Shown here in pieces: positions 1 through 12,031 of a stretch of 63,009 nucleotides of DNA. Numbering within the stretch: position 1 is the first letter of the stretch; every line of letters begins with the position of its first letter. The notes under the pieces are model-generated. The model searched no databases. It worked only from the letters and a program-made list of their open reading frames with translations, and was not told where the DNA came from. Origin of the DNA: an uncultured Alphaproteobacteria bacterium (lineage in GTDB: Bacteria > Pseudomonadota > Alphaproteobacteria > UBA11222); the NCBI GenBank assembly GCA_964348545.1, contig CAYGDL010000001.1, positions 1 to 63,009 of the forward strand, written 5' to 3'. A program made the translations under genes and the position numbers.

Positions 1-2
1 GT

Positions 3-1434
<1,432 letters not shown>

Positions 1435-1438
<4 letters not shown>

Positions 1439-2982
1439 CGGACCGTGTACTGATTATTGATTTCGGATCGCAGGTAACGCAACTGATTGCACGCCGGGTA
1501 CGCGAAAGCGGCGTCTATTGCGAGATTATTCCGTATAACAAAGTGGACGCCATTCTCGACAGCTATGCCCCGCGGGCGATCATTCTGTCGGGCGGTCCGG
1601 CCAGTATTATCAAGTCTGGCGCGCCACGCATTCCGGACCGAGTGTTTACCTATGGCGTACCGGTGCTGGGCATCTGTTATGGCCAGCAGGCCATGTGTGA
1701 ACAGTTGGGTGGCAAGGTGGAAGCGGGAACCGAACGTGAGTTTGGCCGCGCCCAATTGGAGGTCGCCGAGGACAGCGCGCTGTTCGAAGGGGTGTGGACA
1801 AGGAATGGCCGCCATCAAGTATGGATGAGCCACGGCGACCGGGTTGAGGCGTTGCCGCCCGGTTTTCGCGCTGTCGGCGTCAGCGCCAACGCGCCATTCG
1901 CCGCCATAGCGGATGAGACGCGGCGCTTTTACGGGGTGCAGTTTCATCCCGAAGTTGCGCATACGCCCGATGGCGCAAAACTGCTGCATAATTTCATTCA
2001 CAAAATTTCGGGATGCCGGGGCGATTGGACCATGGCGGCGTTTCGTGAAACCGAAATCGCCAAAGTGCGCGCGCAAGTCGGGCGGGGACGCGTGATCTGC
2101 GGCCTGTCCGGCGGCGTCGACAGCTCGGTGGTGGCGGTGTTGCTGCATGAAGCGATTGGCGCGCAACTGACCTGCGTGTTTGTCGATACCGGCATGATGC
2201 GCGCGGGCGAGGCGGAACAGGTCGTGCGACTGTTCCGCGACCATTATAATATTCATCTGGTGCATCGCGAGGCGCAGGAATTATTCCTATCCCGTCTGGC
2301 AGGCGTTAGCGACCCGGAACAAAAACGCAAAATCATTGGCGCGACGTTTATCGATATATTTGACGAAGAAGCCACCAATATCGGCGGCGCGGATTTTCTG
2401 GCGCAGGGCACGCTGTACCCGGACGTGATCGAAAGTGTGTCGTTCGATGGCGGGCCAAGCGTGACCATCAAATCGCATCACAATGTTGGCGGCCTGCCGG
2501 AGCGCATGCGCATGAAACTGGTCGAACCGTTGCGCGAGCTGTTCAAGGACGAAGTGCGGGTGCTGGGGCGTGAGCTTGGCCTGCCCGAGGCGTTTGTCGG
2601 GCGCCATCCGTTTCCCGGTCCCGGTCTGGCGATCCGCATACCCGGCGAAATCACGGCGGAAAAACTTGAAATCCTGCGCAAGGCCGACGCCATCTATATC
2701 GACGAAATCCGCAAAGCCGGATTATATGATGAAATCTGGCAGGCCTTCGCCGTGCTGCTTCCCGTCAAGACAGTGGGCGTCATGGGCGATGAACGCACCT
2801 ATGAATATGTCTGCGCGCTGCGCGCCGTAACCAGCACCGACGGCATGACGGCGGACACTTATCCGTTCAGCCACGAATTTCTGGGCGCTGCCGCCACCCG
2901 CATCATCAACGAAGTGCGCGGCGTCAACCGCGTGGTGTATGACATCACCTCAAAACCGCCGGGCACGATCGAGTGGGAATAG
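1435..2982 (+). CDS. guaA: GMP synthase (glutamine-hydrolysing)
   Basis: 515-aa ORF with a GATase-1 domain (VLGICYGQQ), the ATP-pyrophosphatase loop SGGVDSSV, and a C-terminus ending [12 protein letters not shown] start at 1435. Confidence 0.95.
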
Positions 2983-3000
2983 GAGGGTGATCGCCTCCCG

Positions 3001-3076
3001 GATAAAGGCGACCATGGAGACGTTACCAAGCTTGCCTGCTTGTGTATTGATGGTTGAAATTGTGGATTATCATTGA
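3001..3076 (+). pseudogene. higB: HigB-type (RelE/ParE superfamily) toxin, C-terminal remnant, frame-broken
   Basis: It sits exactly where higB precedes higA. One frame reads ..GDVTKLACLCIDG* and the neighbouring frame reads ..MVEIVDYH* (stop 3074-3076, 18 nt before the higA ATG). This resembles the usual HigB end (..RICFRW.DG....VEIVDYH). About 25 codons remain and there is no start. Confidence 0.5.
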
Positions 3077-3094
3077 TACGGACGGTGACTTGCT

Positions 3095-3433
3095 ATGCCC
3101 CGCAAACTGAAACCCGTTTCGCCCGGGGAAATGCTGGCGGAGGAGTTTCTCAAGCCGTTGGGCATGAGTAATTACCGGCTGGCGAAGGAGATCGGTGTGC
3201 CTGCGCAGCGCATTGGCGAGATCATTGCCGGGCGGCGCGGCATTACGGCGGACACGGATTTACGGCTATGCCGGTTCTTTGGCCTTTCCGATGGCTGGTG
3301 GCTGCGCCTTCAGGCTGACTATGATACCGCTTTGATGAAGCGGGCGCTCACCAAAACATTGGCTAAAATAAAACCCCATAAGCCGCGGCAAGACGAGATG
3401 GCCGAGAACGCGGTAGATGCACATTCTCGGTAG
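3095..3433 (+). CDS. higA: HigA-family antitoxin, XRE-type HTH
   Basis: 112-aa ORF. PGEMLAEEFLKPLGMSNYRLAKEIGVPAQRIGEIIAGRRGITADTDLRLCRFFGLSDGWWLRLQADYD is the canonical HigA HTH_3 core. Confidence 0.85.
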   Translation: MPRKLKPVSPGEMLAEEFLKPLGMSNYRLAKEIGVPAQRIGEIIAGRRGITADTDLRLCRFFGLSDGWWLRLQADYDTALMKRALTKTLAKIKPHKPRQDEMAENAVDAHSR

Positions 3434-3451
3434 ATGCACATTGATGTCTGT

Positions 3452-3514
3452 GGCATCAACCGCGTGGTGTACGGCATAACCTCAAAGCCGCCGGGAACCA
3501 TCGCGTGGGAGCAG
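3452..3514 (+). repeat. Degenerate second copy of the last 63 nt of guaA (att-like direct repeat)
   Basis: Hand alignment of 3452-3514 to 2920-2982 gives 53/63 identical positions. It would encode [21 protein letters not shown] versus [20 protein letters not shown]. Confidence 0.8.
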
Positions 3515-3597
3515 GGACTCAAAAAATGGAAGCGCCCCCTTGACCGCGCATGTCTCTCCAGTCCTATACTTGGGCCCCATCAGGACTGGAGCCAGAA

Positions 3598-4572
3598 ATG
3601 ACAGATAAAACCAAAGCCATCGCCACCACCACACTTGGCAAAGGCGGCCCCGTTGTGGGTGTGCAGGGTCTCGGTTGCATGGGCATGAGTGAGTTTTACG
3701 GGGCGCCGGACGAGGCGGAATCGCTGGCGACGCTGGAACATGCCATTGATATGGGCATAAATCTTATCGACACCGCCGACATGTACGGAATTGGCCGCAA
3801 CGAGGAGCTGATCGGCAAGGTTGTGCGCGCGCGAAGGGATCAGGTGTGTATCGCCACGAAGTTCGGCATTGTGCGAAGCGCCGATAAACCACTTTCCTTC
3901 GGGCTGAACAATCGCCCCGAATATATTCGCGCCGCTGTGGACGCTTCTCTGCGCCGCCTTGGTATCGATGTGATCGATCTGTACTATATGCACCGGCGGG
4001 ATCCTTCCGTTTCCCTGGCGGATTCGGTCGGCGCCATGGCCGAACTCGTGCAGGCGGGCAAGGTGCGGCATCTGGGTCTGTCAGAGGTCACGGCCGATGA
4101 ATTGTTTGAGGCCAATGCGGTGCATCCGATTGCGGCGCTGCAATCGGAATGGTCGTTGTTTTCGCGCGATGTCGAGGCGTCTGTTGTGCCGATGGCCGCC
4201 AAACTTGGCATTGCGTTGGTCGCCTATTCGCCGCTTGGGCGCGGCATGCTTACCGGTATGGCGCAAGCTTTTGGCGAGGGCGATTTTCGCAGCACCCGGC
4301 CGCGTTTCACCGGTGACAATGCGGCTTCGAATGCGCGGCTTGTGGCGCGGATATTCGCGCTTGCGCAGGCGCGCGGCGTAACGGCCGGGCAAATGGCGCT
4401 GGCCTGGGTGCATCAACGCGCGGACGTTCATGGCCTTACCGTGGTTCCGATACCCGGCACGCGCAAGCGCAGCCGCCTGGAGGAAAACGCGCGCGCCGCA
4501 ACACTGGTGCTGAACCCGGCGGAGCTTGCGGTGCTGGAGCCGCTGGCGGCGGCGGTGCTGGGCGAGCGATAG
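3598..4572 (+). CDS. Aldo/keto reductase family oxidoreductase
   Basis: The ORF contains GLGCMGMS, IDTADMYG and LYYMHRRDP motifs. The start is placed at ATG 3598 (GGAG 6 nt upstream) rather than the ORF-track start at 3550. Confidence 0.85.
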   Translation: MTDKTKAIATTTLGKGGPVVGVQGLGCMGMSEFYGAPDEAESLATLEHAIDMGINLIDTADMYGIGRNEELIGKVVRARRDQVCIATKFGIVRSADKPLSFGLNNRPEYIRAAVDASLRRLGIDVIDLYYMHRRDPSVSLADSVGAMAELVQAGKVRHLGLSEVTADELFEANAVHPIAALQSEWSLFSRDVEASVVPMAAKLGIALVAYSPLGRGMLTGMAQAFGEGDFRSTRPRFTGDNAASNARLVARIFALAQARGVTAGQMALAWVHQRADVHGLTVVPIPGTRKRSRLEENARAATLVLNPAELAVLEPLAAAVLGER

Positions 4573-4574
4573 AT

Positions 4575-4934
4575 ATGGCGAAGGCAAAAACCGTCACCAT
4601 CTACGGCATCAGGAATTGCGATACGATGAAGAAGGCGCGGGTCTGGCTGGATGATCATGGCGTGGCCTATGTGTTCCATGATTATAAGCTTGCGGGGGCT
4701 GATCGCGCACTGCTTGAAGGCTGGGTGAAGCAGGCGGGGTGGGAAGTTCTGCTGAACCGTACGGGCACGACGTTTCGCGCGCTGCCGGATGCGGATAAAG
4801 CGGCGCTCGGCGAAAAGAAAGCCATTGCCCTGATGAGTGCGCAACCTTCGATGATCAAACGGCCGGTGCTTGTTGCGGGTGATACAATACTCGTGGGCTT
4901 CAGGCCGGAACAGTATCAGGCCCTGTTCGGATAG
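4575..4934 (+). CDS. ArsC/Spx-family reductase-like protein (YffB type)
   Basis: 119-aa ORF. TIYGIRNCDTMKKARVWLDDHGVAYVFHDYK and the SMIKRPVL motif are typical of the ArsC/YffB thioredoxin-like fold. Confidence 0.8.
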   Translation: MAKAKTVTIYGIRNCDTMKKARVWLDDHGVAYVFHDYKLAGADRALLEGWVKQAGWEVLLNRTGTTFRALPDADKAALGEKKAIALMSAQPSMIKRPVLVAGDTILVGFRPEQYQALFG

Positions 4935-4939
4935 CCGCC

Positions 4940-5464
4940 ATGCCGGAAATTACAATCGCACCCTTGAACGACTCACCACACATACGCGCGGCGTTGCGCG
5001 AAATGCTTGTCGAAACGGTGGCGAACGGCGACTCTGTTGGTTTCATGCATCCGCTGGCGTTGGATGTGGCAGATGCCTTCTGGAAGGATTCACTGGCTGC
5101 CGCCGCCAAGGGGGGGAGAATCGTTCTGGGCGCGTTTGACGGGGATAGCCTGGTTGGGACTTTTACGCTGCTGCTCAACCTTCCGCCCAATCAGCCGCAT
5201 CGGGCCGAACTGGCCAAGCTGATCGTCCGGATCAGCCATCGGGGCCGGGGCATAGGGACAGCTTTGATGCTGGAGGCGGAGCGTCTGGCCATTGCTCGGG
5301 GGCGCACCCTGCTGGTGCTCGACACGGCTGTCGATGGCGGGCCATATCAGCTATATGAAGGGCTGGGCTACAGTTTGGCCGGAATAATTCCGGACTATGC
5401 GTTAAAGCCGCATGGCGGGTTGACCGGGACAAAAATTTACTGGAAACGGATAGGAGAGAAATAA
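4940..5464 (+). CDS. GNAT family N-acetyltransferase
   Basis: 174-aa ORF with the acetyl-CoA binding segment IVRISHRGRGIGTALMLEAERLA (Q/RxxGxG/A). Confidence 0.8.
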   Translation: MPEITIAPLNDSPHIRAALREMLVETVANGDSVGFMHPLALDVADAFWKDSLAAAAKGGRIVLGAFDGDSLVGTFTLLLNLPPNQPHRAELAKLIVRISHRGRGIGTALMLEAERLAIARGRTLLVLDTAVDGGPYQLYEGLGYSLAGIIPDYALKPHGGLTGTKIYWKRIGEK

Positions 5465-5501
5465 AAAACCGCAATAGAAAGCGCGGCGCTTCGTTTATAC
5501 T

Positions 5502-5936
5502 TTATTGGTTTCGCACATTCTCAGTTTCGGGCCTAATCCTTTTCAACGTCTTGACCCTGTGCGGGGACGCGGCGGGCGCCTCCGCCAGCATGGCGGCGTC
5601 TGTGCTGATTTTTTGCGGGGGTTTGCCTGCCAGGAAAGCAAATACGCCCTTGAAATCTTCATTGGTGACGGTCGGTCCGCGCTGTTCGCAAGTTTCACGA
5701 TCATTGCGGAAAAACCCTTCCATCATCCAGCAGTCCCTGCCGGTAGCGAGATCCAGCGCAACCTCGCCGGCGGCGCCTTTGCCATCGGCGCATCCGCTCG
5801 ACAGCAGTGCAGCCAGGGGAGCGCTAAATATCAGGATCAGCCGCAGCGGAGGCTTGGCGTGAACCCGGCTTTCTATCTCAATATAGCTGAAAAGCTGTCC
5901 ATTCGAACGATCCTCTCCGCGCATCTGGAAAGCCAA
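5502..5936 (-). CDS. Hypothetical small lipoprotein (start uncertain)
   Basis: The minus-strand ORF has a signal-peptide-like LRLILIFSAPLAALLSSGC lipobox. It fills an otherwise ~540-nt gap. The overlapping plus-strand ORF 5505-6008 is only a run-on extension of the hydratase gene. Confidence 0.45.
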   Translation of the reverse strand: MAFQMRGEDRSNGQLFSYIEIESRVHAKPPLRLILIFSAPLAALLSSGCADGKGAAGEVALDLATGRDCWMMEGFFRNDRETCEQRGPTVTNEDFKGVFAFLAGKPPQKISTDAAMLAEAPAASPHRVKTLKRIRPETENVRNQ

Positions 5937-6008
5937 TCTCGCTTTTACATTGCAAAAACAGAATCACAATCACATAAGCCTGCTAGACGAATGCAAAGGA
6001 AGATTCGG

Positions 6009-6803
6009 ATGAGTCATGGCAGCGATCGCATGCAACTTACAATTGATGGCCCCGTCGCCAGGATTATTTTTGACCATAAAGCCCGACGCAACGCCATGTC
6101 GATTGATATGTGGCAGGCCATCCCCCGCATGCTGGACCAGATTGAGGCTGACCAGACAATCCGCGTTATCGTCCTTACGGGCGCAGGCGAGGAAGCGTTT
6201 GTGGCGGGCGCAGATATTTCCGAATTTGAAACCCATCGCGCAACCCCGCAAGCCGTTCTGGCTTATGAAACCTTAGTCGATGGGGCGACAGACCGGCTGG
6301 CCCGGACGCTGCTGCCCACTATTGCCATGATCCGTGGCTTTTGCATCGGGGGTGGGATGGCCATTGCACTGAGTTGCGACATGCGCATAGCGACTCCGCA
6401 ATCCCTCTTCGCGATTCCGGCTGCAAAACTCGGCCTTGGCTATCGACACGGCGGCATTCGCACATTGATGAACCTTGTCGGCCCGGGATTTGCCCGCGAA
6501 ATCTTTTTTACCGCCCGGCAATTTACTGCAATAGAGTCCCTTAATATAGGCTTGATCAATGCCTTATACAATAAAGATGATATTATAGATAAGGTATCGG
6601 AACTATGCGCCATGATTTCGGCGAATGCGCCGCTTACCATTCGGGCCGCCAAGCAGGCCATGCTGGATATCGCAAAACAACCAGACGGGTTCGACGCCAC
6701 GTTGAGCGAACAATGGGTCCAAGACTGTTTTGCCAGTGAAGATTATATAGAAGGACGCAGTGCCTTCATGCAAAAGCGTAAACCTGAATTTCATGGACGG
6801 TGA
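6009..6803 (+). CDS. Enoyl-CoA hydratase/isomerase (crotonase) family protein
   Basis: RNAMSIDMW, VIVLTGAGEEAFVAGADI and IAMIRGFCIGGGMAIALSCDMRIA are crotonase-fold motifs. The start is at ATG 6009 with AAGGA 9 nt upstream. Confidence 0.85.
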   Translation: MSHGSDRMQLTIDGPVARIIFDHKARRNAMSIDMWQAIPRMLDQIEADQTIRVIVLTGAGEEAFVAGADISEFETHRATPQAVLAYETLVDGATDRLARTLLPTIAMIRGFCIGGGMAIALSCDMRIATPQSLFAIPAAKLGLGYRHGGIRTLMNLVGPGFAREIFFTARQFTAIESLNIGLINALYNKDDIIDKVSELCAMISANAPLTIRAAKQAMLDIAKQPDGFDATLSEQWVQDCFASEDYIEGRSAFMQKRKPEFHGR

Positions 6804-6893
6804 CCAAGCGCAGCACTGAAGCAATCATTTCGGATAACTGTCCCCAAAATACTGTATATATGCAAGTCGGTTTTGCTAATATGCATGATGGCG

Positions 6894-7784
6894 ATGAACT
6901 GGGACGATTTGAGATACGCATTGGCGGTAGCGGAGAAGGGCAGCCTTTCATCCGCAGCAGAATCACTTGGGGTGAATGCATCCACCGTCTTGCGGCGCAT
7001 AGCGGCGTTGGAAAAATCTGTTGGGGCGCGATTGTTCGAGCGTGATCGAACCGGTTATCGGGTAACCCAGGAAGGTGGCGACCTGATCGCCTCGTTACGC
7101 CCCATTCAGGCCCGTATTGCTGGAATTGCGCGTAGCTTTTCAACAGAGGAAGAAGGCAACGAGTCGATTGTGCGGATGGCTGCGCCCTCAGCGTTGGCAG
7201 GGGCCCTGATTGCGCCACGATTGGGTCAATTTCGCAGGGAAAACCCTGGGCTTAGCGTTTATATTGAAACTACTGACGGAGCTACACCCAATAGGCTGGG
7301 CATGCTGGATCTGGCCCTATCCTATGGGCGACCCGTCGCGGGTGATATGGTCATTCGGAAACTTGCCGACATTGGCTATGGCTTATACGCCATACCGGAA
7401 TTGCTATCGCGCCATCGCAATGATCAAACGGAGGGGGGGCAGTCTATCCCTTTGATCGGGTTCGCCAGTTCGAATCATCTCATGGAGCCAATGGTTTGGT
7501 TGGAAAAATACGGCAATTCGTTGCAAACGGTCTTGCGTTCTGATGACGCCAATTGCCGGTTATCCGCCATGTTATCAGGGGTTGGCCAGACTATCTTACC
7601 TTGTTTCTTAGCAGATCAATTGCCGGGTGTTGCCCGGCTCTATGGCCCCGAAAGCGTCGGCGGCGTCGAACTGTGGCTGGCGACCCACAAGGAATCGCGG
7701 CATGTGGCGCGTATAAGAGTGCTGGTGGACTTTCTGATCAGGCTGACACGGGATCGACGCCAGCGCCTGTCCGGAGCCGGTTAG
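6894..7784 (+). CDS. LysR family transcriptional regulator
   Basis: The N-terminal wHTH MNWDDLRYALAVAEKGSLSSAAESLGVNASTVLRRIAALE is followed by a LysR substrate-binding domain. The start was chosen at the third in-frame ATG. Confidence 0.85.
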   Translation: MNWDDLRYALAVAEKGSLSSAAESLGVNASTVLRRIAALEKSVGARLFERDRTGYRVTQEGGDLIASLRPIQARIAGIARSFSTEEEGNESIVRMAAPSALAGALIAPRLGQFRRENPGLSVYIETTDGATPNRLGMLDLALSYGRPVAGDMVIRKLADIGYGLYAIPELLSRHRNDQTEGGQSIPLIGFASSNHLMEPMVWLEKYGNSLQTVLRSDDANCRLSAMLSGVGQTILPCFLADQLPGVARLYGPESVGGVELWLATHKESRHVARIRVLVDFLIRLTRDRRQRLSGAG

Positions 7785-8223
7785 CAAAATGGGGCAGGTA
7801 GATATTTTTGATCGGACCAGCTTGCATTATTCAGAAAAATCCTTGCTGAGTCAGTGGGTTTTGACCTAGGTTACGTTCACCATGGTGGCAAGTTAACTAT
7901 TTGTGGTTTGCCAGTCGATGGGTTAGCATCAACCGTTAACGATATTTCACTTTGACGGTGAAATCAGGTGTTGCATGCGGCGCATTGCGTATGAACATTG
8001 TGGGCGATTTTCGAACGGACGCTCTGGCATATCTGCCAGCGCAGCGGCCTCGTGCGCTTTAATGCTCATGCCCAATGATCTCGCTGCGACGTTGCGCGGC
8101 GACAATGTTCTTCTGCTTATTTGCCCCTAGGCATCGACTGGCCACCTGGCCGGGTGTTTAGGGGATATTCATTCCGGAACAGAATAATTGCCTGAACAGG
8201 GTTTGAATCAAGGAACAAAGAAC

Positions 8224-9780
8224 ATGTCGAACCATAGCAAGAACAGGGTCCTCATATTTGACACTACCATGCGCGATGGCGAACAGTCGCCCGGCGCCTC
8301 CATGACGCTCGATGAAAAGCTGCGCATTGCTGAAATGCTGGAACATATGGGGGTGGATATTATCGAGGCAGGCTTTCCCATCGCCTCAAATGGCGATTTC
8401 GAGGCCGTGCGCGAAGTATCCAGGATCGTGAAAAATTCCGTGGTTGCGGGCTTGTCGCGCGCCAATCTCAAGGACATAGATCGCGCCTGGGAGGCCCTCA
8501 AGGGCGCCAAACGACCACGCATCCATTCGGTTATCGCAACCAGCCCCGTACATATGAAGTACAAGTTGCAGATGCGACCGGATGAAGTGCTGGATACGAT
8601 TATCGCTACCGTGACACATGCCCGCAATCTGTGTGGTGATGTTGAATGGTCCGCCGAAGACGCCACACGGGCGGAATTTGACTTTCTCTGCCAGTGCATT
8701 GACGCCGCCATCCGGGCAGGCGCGACCACCATTAACCTGCCGGACACTGTTGGCTACGCCATGCCCGCCGAATATGGCAAATTGATCGCCGATCTGATTG
8801 CCAATGTGCCCGATAGCGATAAGGCCGTATTTTCAACCCATTGCCATAATGATCTGGGGCTTGCGGTTGCGAACTCTCTGGCGGCTGTATCCAATGGCGC
8901 GCGGCAGGTCGAGTGCACCATTAATGGTCTGGGTGAGCGTGCGGGAAACGCAGCCCTTGAGGAAGTCGTTATGGCGTTAAGGGTGCGTAATGACTTTTTA
9001 CCCTATGTTACTGGAGTTATTAGCGAAAACTTCGTTGCGGCATCGCGGATGATCTCGACGGCCACCGGGTTTCCTGTGCAATATAACAAGGCCATTGTTG
9101 GCAAGAATGCTTTTGCGCATGAATCCGGCATTCATCAGGACGGGATGCTAAAAAATACGCAGACCTATGAAATCATGACGCCCGAAAGCGTGGGGGTAAT
9201 GCATAGCTCTCTGGTAATGGGCAAGCATTCCGGGCGTCATGCGTTTCGCAAGAAAATTGAAGAAATGGGGTATCAGCTAGGCGCCAACGCCCTGGAAGAC
9301 GCCTTTACGCGATTTAAGGAGCTCACTGACCGCAAGAAACAGGTCTATGACGAAGACATTGCAACTCTGATCGATGATGCGATGGTGCGGGGGCAGGACA
9401 ATATCCGCATTGTGTCGCTCGCAGTAATCGCTGGCACCAAGGGGCCACAGAGCGCGGAACTGGAACTGGACGTTGATGGTGAAATACGATCAACCAAGGC
9501 TACCGGGAACGGTCCTGTGGATGCAATTTTTAATGCTATTCAGGCGCTTTACCCGCATGAGGCGCGCTTACAACTCTATCAGGTTCATGCGGTAACCGAA
9601 GGAACCGATGCGCAAGCGGAAGTAAGTGTCCGCCTGGAGCAAAACGGCAAAGCCGTTACAGGGCAGGGTGCAGACCCCGACACGTTGGTGGCCAGTGCGC
9701 GGGCCTATGTGAATGCACTGAACCGCCTACTGGTTAAACGTGATAATACAATGCCGATTGCGCTGACGGCGACGGTCTGA
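8224..9780 (+). CDS. leuA: 2-isopropylmalate synthase
   Basis: IFDTTMRDGEQSPG and HCHNDLGLAVANSLAAV motifs plus a C-terminal LeuA dimerisation/regulatory domain. The start is at ATG 8224 (MSNHSKNRVLIFDTT). Confidence 0.93.
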   Translation: MSNHSKNRVLIFDTTMRDGEQSPGASMTLDEKLRIAEMLEHMGVDIIEAGFPIASNGDFEAVREVSRIVKNSVVAGLSRANLKDIDRAWEALKGAKRPRIHSVIATSPVHMKYKLQMRPDEVLDTIIATVTHARNLCGDVEWSAEDATRAEFDFLCQCIDAAIRAGATTINLPDTVGYAMPAEYGKLIADLIANVPDSDKAVFSTHCHNDLGLAVANSLAAVSNGARQVECTINGLGERAGNAALEEVVMALRVRNDFLPYVTGVISENFVAASRMISTATGFPVQYNKAIVGKNAFAHESGIHQDGMLKNTQTYEIMTPESVGVMHSSLVMGKHSGRHAFRKKIEEMGYQLGANALEDAFTRFKELTDRKKQVYDEDIATLIDDAMVRGQDNIRIVSLAVIAGTKGPQSAELELDVDGEIRSTKATGNGPVDAIFNAIQALYPHEARLQLYQVHAVTEGTDAQAEVSVRLEQNGKAVTGQGADPDTLVASARAYVNALNRLLVKRDNTMPIALTATV

Positions 9781-9808
9781 CGATTAAGTTATCTCGCATA
9801 AATAACTA

Positions 9809-9837
9809 ATTCTGGCGGCGGATGCCGCCAGAATTTT
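9809..9837 (+). terminator. Rho-independent terminator after leuA
   Basis: ATTCTGGCGGC-GGAT-GCCGCCAGAAT (11-bp perfect stem) followed by TTT. Confidence 0.75.
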
Positions 9838-9956
9838 AGATGGTGAAGCAATAAAAGCGGTTAAGTTAATCTTGCTTTATGGTTTATTAACCATTTTAAA
9901 TTCCTCTGTGAACCATTAATGTCTTGGAGTTGCAGCATTGAGTAGGGGTGACGTAG

Positions 9957-11000
<1,044 letters not shown>

Positions 11001-11050
11001 GTCATATGGAGCACCGAACCAGGGAATAGTCTCGTTACACTGAAACTGTT

Positions 11051-12031
11051 GTGAAGCTACAGGCTATGAGCAGACTGAGAAAAACAAGGGACCAGGGGGG
11101 AAGGCCTGCAATTAGCCTGCAAGACCTTGGGCAACGCTTATCCTTCGTCATTCTGGCCTGTGCCGCGGTAATTCTGCTATTTGCGGGACGGTCTGGAAAT
11201 GAACAGATGGAGCAGGTGCGCACGGCGTTAAGTGATGTAACCGCTCCATTGCTGGAATTTTCATCGCGTCCGGTGCAGATGTTGCGCGCTGGTTTTGAGG
11301 GGGTGGATCAATATTTCAACTCCGTTGAAGAAAATCAGATTTTGCGCAAGGAATTGGCGCGGTTGCAGGCTTGGCAATCATTGGCGCTAAAGTTGCAGAA
11401 CGAGAACAAGGAATTTCGTTCACTGCTGAATGCGCAGGATTTGCCGGAACCGCCGTTTATTTCGGCGCGGGTCATTGGCGATCTGGGCAGCCCTTTTGTG
11501 CATACTGTTCTGATTAATGTTGGCCAGAAACAGGGCGTCAAGAAAGATATGCCGGTCGTCGGCGCTGATGGATTGATTGGCCGTATTGTCTCATCCGGTA
11601 ACAATGTTTCGCGTGTACTGCTGCTGTCGGATTTGAACAGCCGTGTTCCGGTGCGTTTGGAAGGCTCCGGATATCAATCGGTTCTCGCGGGCGATAATGA
11701 AACGAACCCTCAGCTTTTCTATCTTCCCGTGGGAGCGAATATATCTGTGGGGGATCGGATCGTGACTTCCGGTCATGGCGGCGTGTTTCCGCCTGGTATT
11801 CCTATCGGCACCATCAGCAGTGTGAATAAGGGGGCGTCTACCAGTGAAATCCGGATACGGACTTTTATGGATGAACACCGGCTGGGATTTGTGCGGGTTA
11901 TACAATATAAGGGCGTCGAGGCGCCGCCGGGGACCATGAGTGATGGGGCAACGGACGCAGCAGACCCGGAAGCAAAAATGAATATCGTGTCATTATCCAA
12001 TTCTCCATCTACGAATAAGAGAGGTCAATGA
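11051..12031 (+). CDS. mreC: Rod shape-determining protein MreC
   Basis: It sits after mreB and has a coiled-coil N-terminus (ENQILRKELARLQAW) and beta-barrel repeats (GLIGRIV, GVFPPGIPIG). The start could be GTG 11051 or ATG 11066. Confidence 0.85.
   Translation: MKLQAMSRLRKTRDQGGRPAISLQDLGQRLSFVILACAAVILLFAGRSGNEQMEQVRTALSDVTAPLLEFSSRPVQMLRAGFEGVDQYFNSVEENQILRKELARLQAWQSLALKLQNENKEFRSLLNAQDLPEPPFISARVIGDLGSPFVHTVLINVGQKQGVKKDMPVVGADGLIGRIVSSGNNVSRVLLLSDLNSRVPVRLEGSGYQSVLAGDNETNPQLFYLPVGANISVGDRIVTSGHGGVFPPGIPIGTISSVNKGASTSEIRIRTFMDEHRLGFVRVIQYKGVEAPPGTMSDGATDAADPEAKMNIVSLSNSPSTNKRGQ

Noticed and set aside
5505-6008. Long N-terminal extensions in ORF-track entries: 5505-6803, 15615-17018, 16548-17939, 32040-32972, 57434-58861, 21889-22794, 26978-27739 and 44768-45769.
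   Set aside because: Family alignments begin at internal ATG or GTG codons that have good Shine-Dalgarno sequences. The extensions overlap neighbouring genes or promoters and have no homology-like content.
7785-8223. Leucine-type leader peptide or attenuator in the 439-nt region upstream of leuA.
   Set aside because: The small ORFs there (for example MNIVGDFRTDALAYLPAQRPRAL and MFFCLFAPRHRLATWPGV) are not Leu-codon-rich. I found only short hairpins (ATTTCAC-N7-GTGAAAT at 7944-7964 and CTGGCA-TATC-TGCCAG near 8024-8039) with no terminator/antiterminator logic I could trace.
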